The position numbers were made by a program, and so were the translations under genes. Positions 11,405 through 22,480 of a stretch of 44,301 nt of DNA are shown in pieces; positions within the stretch are counted from its first letter, which is position 1, and every line of letters starts with the position of its first letter. Location: assembly GCA_030770535.1 (NCBI GenBank), contig JASVEC010000132.1, positions 1 to 44,301 of the forward strand, read 5' to 3'. The notes beneath the pieces were generated by a model. The model saw nothing but the letters and a program-made list of their open reading frames with translations, ran no database searches and was not told the DNA's origin. Origin of the DNA: Batkoa obscura. Lineage: Eukaryota.

Positions 11405-12548
11405 TTATACTAATACAATAAATACTACTGTAAATATATAAATAATAATAATTAATACGATAAATAAATAACTTAATAAAGAGGTATTAAATACGCTCTT
11501 ATTTAATTTATCTAATAATTTTAAATCCTTGGTCAATGATGTTACATTCTTTTCCAATTTTTGTTCTGCTTCATTTAATACCTATTAAAAGTTAAATTTC
11601 AATTGGTTTAATATAATAATAGTTAAAAGTTACTTGTTTATCTTTTTTTAATACGTCACCAAAAGCTAATGTATTACTCTTTAATATTTGGGTCATATTA
11701 ACTAAATCTAAAGCTATTTCTTGTTGTATCTTTTCTTGTTGCAATATTAAACCTTGTTTTTCATCATCATTTAATGAGTTATTTGATTTGTTTTGATCTG
11801 AATTTCTGTTGGTTCTATAAAATATTAAGTTAATTTTATCATTTGTTTGTTTATTTTATTTATAATTTAGATTACCTTGACCTTAAATTTCGGATCCAAT
11901 TTTCTAATATTTAATAATAAAATGATTTTTAGTACTATTACTATTTAAGACTCACCACTTTCTTTTTCTTCTTCTGCTCTTGTCTTCTTTTTATCTTTTA
12001 ATAAATTTGAAACTGCTGGATCATTACTAATATTATTTTTGTTTTTGTTTTCTTCATTTACTTCCTTTTCTTTAGTTTGGTTTCTTTGTTTGTTTTCTTT
12101 TTCTTTTTCTTTTTCTTTTTCTTTTTTCTTTCTCTTTTCTTTTTCTTCGACTTCCTTTTTCTTCTGCTCCTTTCTCTCGACTCCTTCTCTTTCTTTTCGT
12201 TTTCAATTTGGTTAAGCTAAAATAATCAACAAAATAACTCCATGATTTAGTACCAACTTACTTTATTTGTTACATCTTCTAATAGTTTATTTAATTTAGA
12301 ATTCATTACTCCACTATAATAAAAAAGTTAGAAATTTAATTCAAATCCATTCTTTCGGTTTACTCTTTATTATCATATCGCTTTAACAACAATAACAAGT
12401 TCTAAACAAGTGTCAGCATATTATAATAATACTATTTGTATTTTATATCAAATTACTATATAAACATTTTTAATTTCTAACTCCCCTTTTGGTTTTTCAC
12501 CTGAAGCTCAAGTTGATTAAGAATTTGAAAATTACTAATTGAATTCAT
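11405..12548 (-). CDS. USE1: ER SNARE Use1-like protein; multi-exon, with an apparent 1-nt frameshift near 12180
   Basis: QEKIQQEIALDLVNMTQILKSNTLAFGDVLKKDKQVLNEAEQKLEKN SNARE motif followed by the C-terminal TM helix SYLFIVLIIIIYIFTVVFIVLV*. Confidence 0.8.
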
Positions 12549-13899
12549 TATAAAAAGAGAAAGTACTTTCTATCGTCATAAAAAATAAGGCAAGTATATA
12601 TATCAATTTCGTTAGTGAAAAAAGAAAACAAATAAAGAGTTAGATACTTCCAATAAATTATAGGGTAATTACTCTTTATATAAACATGTCATTAAATTAA
12701 TAGCAATAAATAAATAATTAAAGCGTACATATGGATTTTATTAGGAAAAATGAGAGTTAAAAGGGAGACTTAGGAAGAATAAATTAAAAGTTAGTTACTT
12801 TTAACAATTTACCAGATGGTACAAAACTCTTTGTATAAAAATGTTGTTGAATTAATAACATTGAAGAAGTATTATTCAATTTTAATTTTAAGATAGAGTT
12901 GTACTTGTTATTAATTATACTACTGTTCTTCTTATTAGTAGATATTGTAACTTTTGTCTTGTTATTCTCAATACTTTCGTTTAATTTACTTCCATTCTTT
13001 TTACAACCATGTTCTTGTATTGTAATACTTAAAGAGATTAGATCTAAATTATGCATAATTATTTAGTCAATTGATTGTTATAATTTTATATTAAAAAATA
13101 ATAAATTATTATTAAAATTAACATATTTATATACTTTTTTTAAGTTTTCTATATTAACTGATAATTTCGCGAAATGACTCATGCTTAACTAAAGCTTAGT
13201 TACCATCAATCAAACCCAATTTCATGTTTCTTGCAACAGTTAACAAATTTATGCTAAAACTTATGTTTGAGGTTTATGATAATGACTATATATATTTTTA
13301 TTTACCAATCATGAAGTCATTTTAAAGTTAATTGATAGCTTATTGTAACTGCTAGTTCAATCCCTTAATGGTTTATTACTTTTAATTTTCCCCCTCCTTT
13401 TCTCCGTAATATGGAAATTCAATCTTTATAGCTCTATAATGTATTAAATTTCCATAACTTAAACTGCGCTTATAAACTATAATATTTTTTATTAAATAGG
13501 GTTAAATTGATATTAAATTTGAACTAAAAAAAATCATTTATTTTACTTATTGAAATTTAATTTTAACATTAATTTTTATTTTAAGACTACATGCTATAGT
13601 TTTTTATTTTTATATTTTAAGGCTGTACACTATAGTTCTTTTAGCTTTATTTTTAAGCTTATTTTAAGGCTTATCCTTGTACAGCCTTATGAATTAAACA
13701 TACTGGCTTGAAAGTAGGTGGGTTTAAAGTTTAAATTAGATCTTTGAAATAGACACCCAAGTATCAAAGTAATCAATGATTAGTAAAAATAAGTTCAATA
13801 ATCTAGGTGATTAATATTTAGTAATATGAGCTTTCACACGACTATTTATAACTATTCTTTAATAAATTACTCTTTCAAAAATATATAGCTGTTAACGAT

Positions 13900-14059
13900 T
13901 GTTTTATGTTTCCTTCTAATTTGATTTAAAAATAGACTAGGCATTTTCAGTTTATATTTGTTAAACCTATTTACAATAATTTTTTAATTCTTATATTGAG
14001 GTGATAAATCAAAAATGCTCAATCTATTTTTAAATCAAATTAGAAGGAAACATAAAACA
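13900..14059. repeat. 160 bp foldback inverted repeat
   Basis: 37 bp perfect arms (TGTTTTATGTTTCCTTCTAATTTGATTTAAAAATAGA at 13900-13936; reverse complement ending at 14059), extending inward imperfectly by ~20 bp. Confidence 0.9.
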
Positions 14060-14186
14060 TTTGAAGTTAAACAATTGTATCCATGTTTTTATAGTTGCTT
14101 TTTTTTTTTTACAAATGAGAGATCACTTCAATAAATTGATACAATTTAAAAATTCTTGGATTAACCAAAAAAATTGATTAACAAAT

Positions 14187-14283
14187 GGGATGTATTTTTG
14201 TGTTTAAGAATTTACTACCAAATTTTCCGCTTAAATAGTGCTCAAAAAAATGGAAAAGTAATGAAGCCAGAAAAAACATCCCC
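14187..14283 (-). mobile_element. MITE-like element copy 5
   Basis: GGGATGT...ACATCCCC; flanks AAAT/TAAT. Confidence 0.88.
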
Positions 14284-14580
14284 TAATTATGTTTTTAATT
14301 CAACTAAAGCAATAGTATGTTTATTATAAATTTCAAAAGATAAGATCATTATAATAATTTGAGAAGAGATAAGCAACATTATTAATGTCCAATATGTAAC
14401 AAGTTGTATTTAAATTATTAAATTTTATATATAACTTTGTTAAATAATTTAAAATACAACTCGAATTAAGTAAAAGTCCTATTTACATAGATAAACATAA
14501 GTGGGGGGCATCTTTATATCTTGATAAAAATTAACATCTACTAACCGCTCAAATGGTAAAAGATAAAATAAATTAATTCT

Positions 14581-14674
14581 AGAGGCGTTTTTTGATTTTA
14601 TTATTTTTTCTATTTTAAGTGCTATTTAAATAAAAGACTATTAATAAAATTCTTAGACAAAGAAATACATCTCC
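14581..14674 (+). mobile_element. MITE-like element copy 6 (degenerate)
   Basis: AGAGGCG...ATACATCTCC with an eroded core (TTTTAAGTGCTATTTAAA). Confidence 0.75.
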
Positions 14675-15551
14675 ACATATTAAAGTTAAAGTATTAGAAA
14701 GTCTAATATTAGCTTAGGAAATCAAAATATATTGCTTATAAGTATAATGTTTCTATAATTTCATTATAAAAAACTTATTCAACTCTTTTTAATAAATTAT
14801 TTCTTATGTTTACAAGCTTTCATATTTATACTAAATATTAGTTGTTAATACTATTGTGAAATCTGGTATTCAGTGATTGGAGTCAAAAATAGTTATTGGC
14901 TGGTTGACTACACTGTAAGTCAAAAGGTCTTAGTTTATGTAACTAAGATAGACTTGAATTATGAAAAATAGCACGTAATAGGCTACAGACTATGTAAGAC
15001 AAATAGAATAGACAATACTAATGTAAAATCTACATAAAATATTATCAGAAAAATTCAGTAGCTTTATTAAATGTACGAGATATCAGGGAATAATTCAGTT
15101 AAAAAGTCTTTAGCTACTATGTTCTAAAATCTCTTTTATGGTTAAATAAGTATGGATATCAAAACGAGAGGATAATATCTTTGGAAAGATATAAATTCTT
15201 GCAGTAAATCAAAATAAGAACATGGGATTAATTGCCTCTAAACTTGAGAACACAACAACTTAGGCGATCATTATGTCATGATCAACCATGGAGTCGATAA
15301 AACGATATTTCACATAAAGATAATTAATTATAGTCATGAAACTAACCATTTCTTCTTATGCAGCTATTTACTAACTTAGTAATATATTAATAATAAAACC
15401 ATGATATTGATATATATGCTATATTAGTAAAAACCTTGCTAACCTAGGAATTTTCATTAAATTTAGTAAAAATTCTGCTAATTTATAATATAAATTATAA
15501 TAAATAGTCTAAAAATCTGCTAAGTACTTTTGCTTTTAATAGCGAAGTTAT

Positions 15552-15648
15552 GGAATGTTTTTTTTAACTTCATTTTTTTTCCATTTTTTAAGTGCTATTT
15601 AAACGAAAAGTTTGTTAGTAAAATTCTCAAATACAAAAATACATTCCC
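15552..15648 (+). mobile_element. MITE-like element copy 7
   Basis: GGAATGT...ACATTCCC; TTAT direct repeat on both sides. Confidence 0.88.
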
Positions 15649-15904
15649 TTATTTTTATAAAGTTTCAAGTCAAGTTTTTGTAACATAAAATATTTAAATA
15701 AATTTTATTAAACATTAAAATTTAAAATGAACTTAATATTAAGATTTTTATATATACTTTATTTTAAAATATTATATTTAGAAAAGATTTTTTTTATCGC
15801 ACTATTGTATTTTGACCACTAAACATAAACTCTAGAATATAAAAATAAAGTTTTTATAATTAAAAAGTTAAAATTTTTATAATAAATTTAAATAATTAAT
15901 ATAT

Positions 15905-16002
15905 GGGAGTGTTTTTTTTGACTTCATTATTTTCTCCATTTTTAAGCACTATTTAAACGGAAAATTTGGTAGTAAAATTCTTAAACACAAAAATACATCC
16001 CT
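15905..16002 (+). mobile_element. MITE-like element copy 8
   Basis: GGGAGTG...CATCCCT; ATAT direct repeat on both sides. Confidence 0.9.
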
Positions 16003-16073
16003 ATATTATAAATTAATGTTTAAAATAAAGTCATAAAAAATGAATAAATTTTAGTTATCTGTAATTTATATAT

Positions 16074-16158
16074 AGGGATATATTTTTAAATTTTACTGAT
16101 AGCCTTTCCACTCAAATAGTGCTCAAAAATCGAAAAAGTGAAACTAAAAAATACTCCT
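16074..16158 (-). mobile_element. MITE-like element copy 9 (internally deleted)
   Basis: AGGGAT...ACTCCT, core TTTCCACTCAAATAGTGCTCAAAAA; flanks ATAT/ATAC. Confidence 0.8.
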
Positions 16159-17043
16159 ATACATTTTGCAACTTCAAATTAAAATTATAAACTAAATTTT
16201 TGATTTGGACTTATCAAGGTTTTAAATTTGGTCCATACACTTTCTAAAAACGTTGGCAAATACTGAATTTAAAACAGATTTGTCTATTAGAAGCAAATAT
16301 TATAACAAAATAGAAGAAATACTATTTGTATAAACACTTTATGAAGTTTTAAGTATAAAAAAATAAAAAAACAGTCAAGTACTATTACTTTACAAAATCT
16401 AAATAAGTAACATTTTTAATTTGTTATTTTTTTATCTTAAATTTCTTTTAAATTTCTTTATCAATAAAGTAATCGATTATCACTTGATTTTATGATGATA
16501 CTTCAGCTGAATTTATAACTAAACTACCCTTTAAATAAATGAATACAATGAGTGGTCATATTTTATGTTTTAAACATAATTTAAATTCATGTTGTTTTTT
16601 GCAATAATAGATAACTATAGTAAAATTGATTTTAAATATCAAATTTTAGTTTTATTAAACAAATAAACTTCCCAACAATGATAAGCTATTATTACCTTTA
16701 CAGATATCTAAGCTGTAATTTATTATAAAATGTAAGAAAAATAATTTCATAAAATACAATAATCAAGACAAAAGATACATCACATTACATTAGTATAATT
16801 TTTTTCATAGAACAATGATATAAAAAAAGCGGGTTGTTAGAAAACTAACAATATAATTAGACTACTAATTCTAAGTAGATAATACGCTATAATAATACAG
16901 ATAAAATCACATGTAAATATAAATCCTAGTCACTACTATTGCTGTTTAACTTGCATCATCATAATAGCGAATTTGAGTTAATAGGAGCACTATATAAAAG
17001 ACTATTTATAACAACAAAAATAATTAAAAGTAAAACAAATAAA

Positions 17044-18135
17044 ATGAAATCGATTCAACTTGTATTAGCTTCCCTATTTACCTTTACCTTGGCTGAAACT
17101 ACTGCCAGTAATGGAGGTAAAAGATTAATTCAATTGAGTGAAAATGAGCCTGCTTTATTAATGACAGATGAAGAAGTATTAACTAAACTCATCCAAAAAA
17201 AGAAACATTTCATGGATATCACTGACTTCAAAGATTCTAGAGCTAGTCCATGGACTCCAATTAATAAAGCTCTACCTACCACTTTTAAATATCAAACATT
17301 TATAAAGCCTCTCTATAATAATATCAATATTGATAGAATGAAATCATTTTTAACCTCCTATTCCAACTTCAATAACAGGTATTACAGAGTACAATCCGGT
17401 GCTGATGCTTCTAATTGGTTATTGAGTCAAATTAAAGAGTCTATCACTTCTACCGGTTATACTGGTCCAATTACTGTTGAAAACTTTAGTCACTCTTTTC
17501 TTCAAAAATCTATCATTGTACGTATCACTGGTAGTGACGCCACCCTAAAGAATGAAATCGTAGTTGTCGGTGCTCACCTTGATTCTATTAACCAATCAAA
17601 TCCAACTAGTGGTAGGGCCCCTGGCGCTGATGATGATGGTTCTGGTACCACCCTTAATGTGGAATCCTTAAGAGTGTTATTAGCTGCTAACTTCCGACCA
17701 AAACGTACAGTAGAGTTTCACTTCTATGCTGGTGAAGAAGGAGGTTTATTAGGCTCTCAAGGGATAGCTCAATCGTATTCTAGTCAAAAGAAGAACGTAA
17801 TCGCCATGACCCAATTTGATATGGTGGGCTATCTCTCCGCACAAAAACAAATTGCATTTGTAACGGATTACACCAATGCTGAATTAACCAATCTTTTAAG
17901 AAAAGCAGTAACTGAATACTGCTCCTATACCTCTACCAATACACAGTGTGGCTACGCATGCTCCGATCATGCTTCTTGGAATAAGTATGGGTTCAAATCT
18001 GCTTTCCCATTCGAAGATGAAGAAAGTCCATATATTCATACCACTCAAGATACCTTAGCTACTGTTAATTTTAACCACATCAAGGAGTTTGTTAAACTTG
18101 CTATTGCTTTTTTGGTTGAAGTAGCTGAAAAATAA
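17044..18135 (+). CDS. Secreted leucyl aminopeptidase, family M28
   Basis: Start MKSIQLVL (signal peptide); Zn-binding motifs GAHLDS, APGADDDGSG, FYAGEEGGLLGS, FDMVGY, CGYACSDHASW and YIHT. Confidence 0.95.
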   Translation: MKSIQLVLASLFTFTLAETTASNGGKRLIQLSENEPALLMTDEEVLTKLIQKKKHFMDITDFKDSRASPWTPINKALPTTFKYQTFIKPLYNNINIDRMKSFLTSYSNFNNRYYRVQSGADASNWLLSQIKESITSTGYTGPITVENFSHSFLQKSIIVRITGSDATLKNEIVVVGAHLDSINQSNPTSGRAPGADDDGSGTTLNVESLRVLLAANFRPKRTVEFHFYAGEEGGLLGSQGIAQSYSSQKKNVIAMTQFDMVGYLSAQKQIAFVTDYTNAELTNLLRKAVTEYCSYTSTNTQCGYACSDHASWNKYGFKSAFPFEDEESPYIHTTQDTLATVNFNHIKEFVKLAIAFLVEVAEK

Positions 18136-19156
18136 AAATTGTGAATAGTTAATATTTATGTTTTTTTATAATTCTAATTGTGACGATAGATATCATAAGA
18201 ATTATTTATAATGCTTTTACTCTGCTAAAATTATTGAGGGACAATCTTTCTAAAAATAATCATCAAAAAACATCCTTTTATTATAAAACCTGCAAGCATT
18301 TAGTAATATAAATTATTGATATAAATATTTGTTAAAATAAAGTTAATCTTTGTATTAGAGTATTTATCAATATCTTCTAAATTTGAATTAATTTGATCTA
18401 CAGTCATATTATGACAACAATATATTTTAGTTAAGTCTTTGTATATTATATTAAGCAGCATTCATATATTGAGATATTTTACTAATAATAAAAACCTGAG
18501 GGCTTATTTCTTAAGGTATACTTTATTAAGATTAAAGACAAGTAAACAATCGCTCATATTTAGATATTTTATCTGGAAATCCTATCCCATATTATTGAAT
18601 TCTATAACTTAAGGTAGAAAGCAACTAATAATCATTTAAATGATACCAGCTTTAATCTAAAGTGCTATCTTTATAATATTCATAAAAAATATATCAACAG
18701 AATAAAATGCGATTGATTATTTTGATTTTTTTTAAATTTTAAATTTGGATCATCTTGATTGATTTGACAGAAAAATATTGACTCCATTTATTATTGTAAT
18801 AAATTGAAGAACAGTAATTTAAGCAAAAAAAATAGAGTTTTGGGGAAATTAAGCAATCTTTTAATCCAATCACTTTGAAACAAATGAAATGACTAAGTTT
18901 TATTCCTTGTAATGAGAAAACCACAGTAAGCTGAGTAAAGCTGATCTGAGCTTGATTGGCTGGATTATAGGATTTTTGTGCCAACCCTTCATTTTTGTCA
19001 CACTACGCTTTGCACAGCAACTAAACTAACTAAAAATCATCATCTTTTTTAATTTCCCATAATACTTTAGGATTAAAAGCAATCCTTGAAATAACTATAA
19101 ATTCCCTCTGATTTATCTTTTATTCTTGTCTTTTACTTGTAAGAGTATTATATAAA

Positions 19157-20554
19157 ATGTCTGCTACTGACGGTAAACAACATTTATCCATTGTTATCTG
19201 TGGTCACGTCGATTCCGGTAAGTCTACCACTACCGGTCGTCTTCTTTTCGAATTAGGTGGTATTCCAGAGCGTGAAATGGAAAAATTAAAGCAAGAAGCT
19301 GAACGTCTCGGTAAATCTTCCTTCGCTTTTGCTTTCTTCATGGATCGTCAAAAGGAAGAACGTGAACGTGGTGTCACCATTTCCTGCACTACCAAAGAGT
19401 TTTTCACTGATAACTGGCATTATACCATTATCGATGCTCCAGGCCATCGTGATTTCATCAAAAACATGATTTCTGGTGCCGCTCAAGCTGATGTTGCTCT
19501 TCTTATGGTCCCAGCTGATGGTAATTTCACCACTGCTATCCAAAAGGGTGACCACAAAGCCGGAGATATCCAAGGTCAAACTAGACAACATGCCCGTTTA
19601 CTCAATCTTCTCGGTGTTAAACAACTTATTGTTGGTATTAACAAGATGGATTCAGATACCGCTGGATACAAAGAAGACCGTTACACTGAAATTCGTGATG
19701 AAATGGCCTCTATGTTGATCAAGGTCGGATGGAAAAAGGAATTCATTGAGAAATCCGTCCCAATCCTTCCAATCTCTGGTTGGATGGGTGACAATCTTCT
19801 CAAGAAATCCGAAAAGATGACTTGGTGGAAGGGTGTTGATGTTGTTACCTCTTCTGGTAAATCTCTCCACATCGATACTTTACTTGATGCTCTTAACACT
19901 ATGGTTGAGCTTCCATCCCGTAACACTGATGCCCCAATGCGTCTCCCAGTTTCTGGTATCTACAAGATTAAAGGTGTAGGTGATGTAGTCACTGGTCGTG
20001 TTGAACAAGGTCTCCTTGTTCCTAACTCCGAAGTAGTCTTCCTCCCAACCCATACTGCTTCCAATCAATGTACCGGTAAAGTTTTCACCATTGAAATGCA
20101 TCACAAACGTGCTGAACAAGCCCAAACTGGTGATAACATTGGTATGAACGTCAAAGGTCTTGACAAGAACAACATGCCTCGTTCAGGTGATGTTATGATT
20201 CTCAAATCCGATACCTCCCTCCGCCCAGTCAAGAATTTCACTGCTCAAATCCAAACTCTTGATATTCCCGGAGAAGTTAAACCAGGATACTCCCCAATTG
20301 GTTTCGTCCGTTGTGGTCGTTCCGCCTGTAAAATTATCGCTCTCAAATGGAAGATCGGTAAAGAAACTGGTCGTAAGAAGCTCGAAGACCCTCACTCCCT
20401 CAAAGCCAACGAAGCTGCTGAAGTTGTCTTCGAACCAATTCAACCTCTTGTTGTAGATACCTTCAAGAACTGTGAAGGTCTTTCTCGTATTGCCTTCCTT
20501 GATGGTAACACCGCTGTCATGTTGGGTAAGGTCGTTGCTGTTGAATACAAATAA
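19157..20554 (+). CDS. EFL: Elongation factor-like GTPase EFL (functional replacement of EF-1alpha)
   Basis: GHVDSGKSTTTGRLLFELGG, SSFAFAF, VPADGNFTTAIQKGDHKAGDIQGQTRQHA and GYSPIGFVRCGRSAC are EFL signatures rather than canonical EF-1alpha; strong codon bias. Confidence 0.95.
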   Translation: MSATDGKQHLSIVICGHVDSGKSTTTGRLLFELGGIPEREMEKLKQEAERLGKSSFAFAFFMDRQKEERERGVTISCTTKEFFTDNWHYTIIDAPGHRDFIKNMISGAAQADVALLMVPADGNFTTAIQKGDHKAGDIQGQTRQHARLLNLLGVKQLIVGINKMDSDTAGYKEDRYTEIRDEMASMLIKVGWKKEFIEKSVPILPISGWMGDNLLKKSEKMTWWKGVDVVTSSGKSLHIDTLLDALNTMVELPSRNTDAPMRLPVSGIYKIKGVGDVVTGRVEQGLLVPNSEVVFLPTHTASNQCTGKVFTIEMHHKRAEQAQTGDNIGMNVKGLDKNNMPRSGDVMILKSDTSLRPVKNFTAQIQTLDIPGEVKPGYSPIGFVRCGRSACKIIALKWKIGKETGRKKLEDPHSLKANEAAEVVFEPIQPLVVDTFKNCEGLSRIAFLDGNTAVMLGKVVAVEYK

Positions 20555-20681
20555 GCTAACCAACTTTGTCTGAAACTGTAACATGTAAGGAATACTAACA
20601 CCTTCTCATAACGTTTCTTTATATAAAAAAATAAATAAATAAATTGCTTTAAGATTTAAATAAAGTTTTGATATTGTTTAT

Positions 20682-21728
20682 TTAGATTTTGGCTACTTCA
20701 ATTAAAAAGGAAATGGCTAGTTTTGTATATTCTTTTACGTGATTAAGATTAATCCCTTTTAGGTTATCATTTTCAGTATGGTAAAAAGGGTTAAATTCAT
20801 CTTCTTCAATAGGAAATCCTGTACGATAACCCATATAGTTCCATGTAGCATGGTCTGAACAAGGATAACCGCATTTAATGAGTTTATAGTCATATTCTGT
20901 ATAATTTCGAATTAGGTTAGCCAATAGCTGTGTTACATCGTTATCTGTGTAATCCGTTATCAAACCAATTTGCTTTTTATCTGAAAGATAACCTGTCATA
21001 TCAAATTGTGTCATAGCAACCACTTGTTTTTTCTTTGAAGCATAATCGGTAGCAATATAAAAAGAACCTAATAACCCAGCTTCTTCAGCTGCATAAAAAT
21101 GGAATTCAATAGTACGTTGAGGTAATACGTTATTATTTAGTAATATAAATAAAGATTCTAGTAAGCAAGCAGTACCGGTACCGTCATCATCTACACCAGG
21201 AGCTTCACCATTTAAAGGATCACTATTGTTTATAGAATCCATATGTGCTCCAACGATTACTAGTTGTTTTTTCAATTCAGGTTTACTACCATATAGTTTT
21301 ACAATAATACTATTCTGCTTAAAGATATGATGGTACTTGATTAGTCTTACCTTACCTTTATAATTTGATTTATGAATAGTGCTATTTAAAGTAACATATA
21401 GCCAATCTGAAGCTTCTGGTCCCCACTTTGATTTATAAAAACGAGTATGAAAAGATGAAAATTGAGTTAAAAACGCTTCCATCCTTGTGGTATTGACATA
21501 TCTGTTCAAGGGTCTAATTGTATCTGAATATTTAAAACTTTGAGGCAATTGATAATCTTCACTTGCCACAGCTCTTTTTGTTAAGCGACCATTGTTTTCT
21601 ACTGGATATTTCTTACTATTTATGACATCTTCGTTCCCTGCTTCCAAATTATTATCCTTTATGATATTTGTTGAATAACATTGAACAATAAAAGCAGTAA
21701 TAAATAAAAATAGTAATAAAGCTTTCAT
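20682..21728 (-). CDS. Secreted leucyl aminopeptidase, family M28 (paralog of 17044..18135)
   Basis: Signal peptide; GAHMDS, APGVDDDGTG, FYAAEEAGLLGS, FDMTGY and CSDHATW. Confidence 0.95.
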   Translation of the reverse strand: MKALLLFLFITAFIVQCYSTNIIKDNNLEAGNEDVINSKKYPVENNGRLTKRAVASEDYQLPQSFKYSDTIRPLNRYVNTTRMEAFLTQFSSFHTRFYKSKWGPEASDWLYVTLNSTIHKSNYKGKVRLIKYHHIFKQNSIIVKLYGSKPELKKQLVIVGAHMDSINNSDPLNGEAPGVDDDGTGTACLLESLFILLNNNVLPQRTIEFHFYAAEEAGLLGSFYIATDYASKKKQVVAMTQFDMTGYLSDKKQIGLITDYTDNDVTQLLANLIRNYTEYDYKLIKCGYPCSDHATWNYMGYRTGFPIEEDEFNPFYHTENDNLKGINLNHVKEYTKLAISFLIEVAKI

Positions 21729-22480
21729 TAAAATTAAATGTTAAAAAATGTCTCAACTGTCTACTTTTATAAGAATTTTTAGGTTACTTTAACTATCCAA
21801 TAAAATTCGATAAATGGTTGAACAAATTTTTGAAATTTCTACTAAGGGATAGGGGATATTATTGGAATAAAGCTATTCAGTTGGGATTAGCAGAAAGTAG
21901 AAATTGCAAATTGCTTTCCAGGCAATTTATGCTTTTTGAAATTGACTTGACAAAAATTTAATAAGTGTTTAGGTTAATATTTTAAAGAAAATGATATAAA
22001 CCATTTTAGCAGTAGTTTTATATCTAAGAAAATTGATAATGTAAAATAACGATACCTGTTTTTAAAAGAAACTATATTTATTCTAATAAAATCCATTTTC
22101 CAAAAGTATTTCCGCTTCCAATTTTGCTATTTTCAGGTTTTCAAGAATAACTATAACTACATTCTTACCTTCATTTTGTTGACTTTTTATAAGGAATTTT
22201 AAATGTTCAAAATTCTATTTGGCAAATATTTTTGCAATTTGGTCAGATTTTGTTTATAAGCCCAATTATATCTAGCATTAAAGTCAATACATTAAATTTA
22301 AAGTTTTATTGAATAATTTAAATGGTTGCTATTAATTAAATCCACATAAATTATACAACTGTGATTAGATTTATAAGATAGAAGCTTTAATAAAAGTAAT
22401 TTATATTTTGTATATCATTAAACTAATATCAACCTTATTTAAACTATTCAAGATTTTATTAAAAGAAACTTAAAAGAAAC

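Noticed and set aside
12784..13056. 90 aa Asn/Lys-rich ORF
   Set aside because: Low complexity with no recognisable domain; it could be real but I cannot support it.
14501..14560. Possible 16th, highly decayed MITE fragment (GGGGGG...CCGCTCAAAT)
   Set aside because: Only a ~10 bp match and no second terminus.
15424..15523. Three AAAAA..TGCTAA motifs spaced ~40 bp apart
   Set aside because: Too short and degenerate in AT-rich DNA to call an array.
16939..17043. N-terminal extension of the M28 ORF
   Set aside because: It starts at a non-ATG codon and spans a TATA-like TATATAAAA; the ATG at 17044 begins the signal peptide.
19157..20554. Canonical EF-1alpha (TEF1)
   Set aside because: The motifs and insertion pattern match EFL.
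19286..20584. Overlapping and antisense ORFs within EFL
   Set aside because: Shadow ORFs caused by codon bias in a highly expressed gene.
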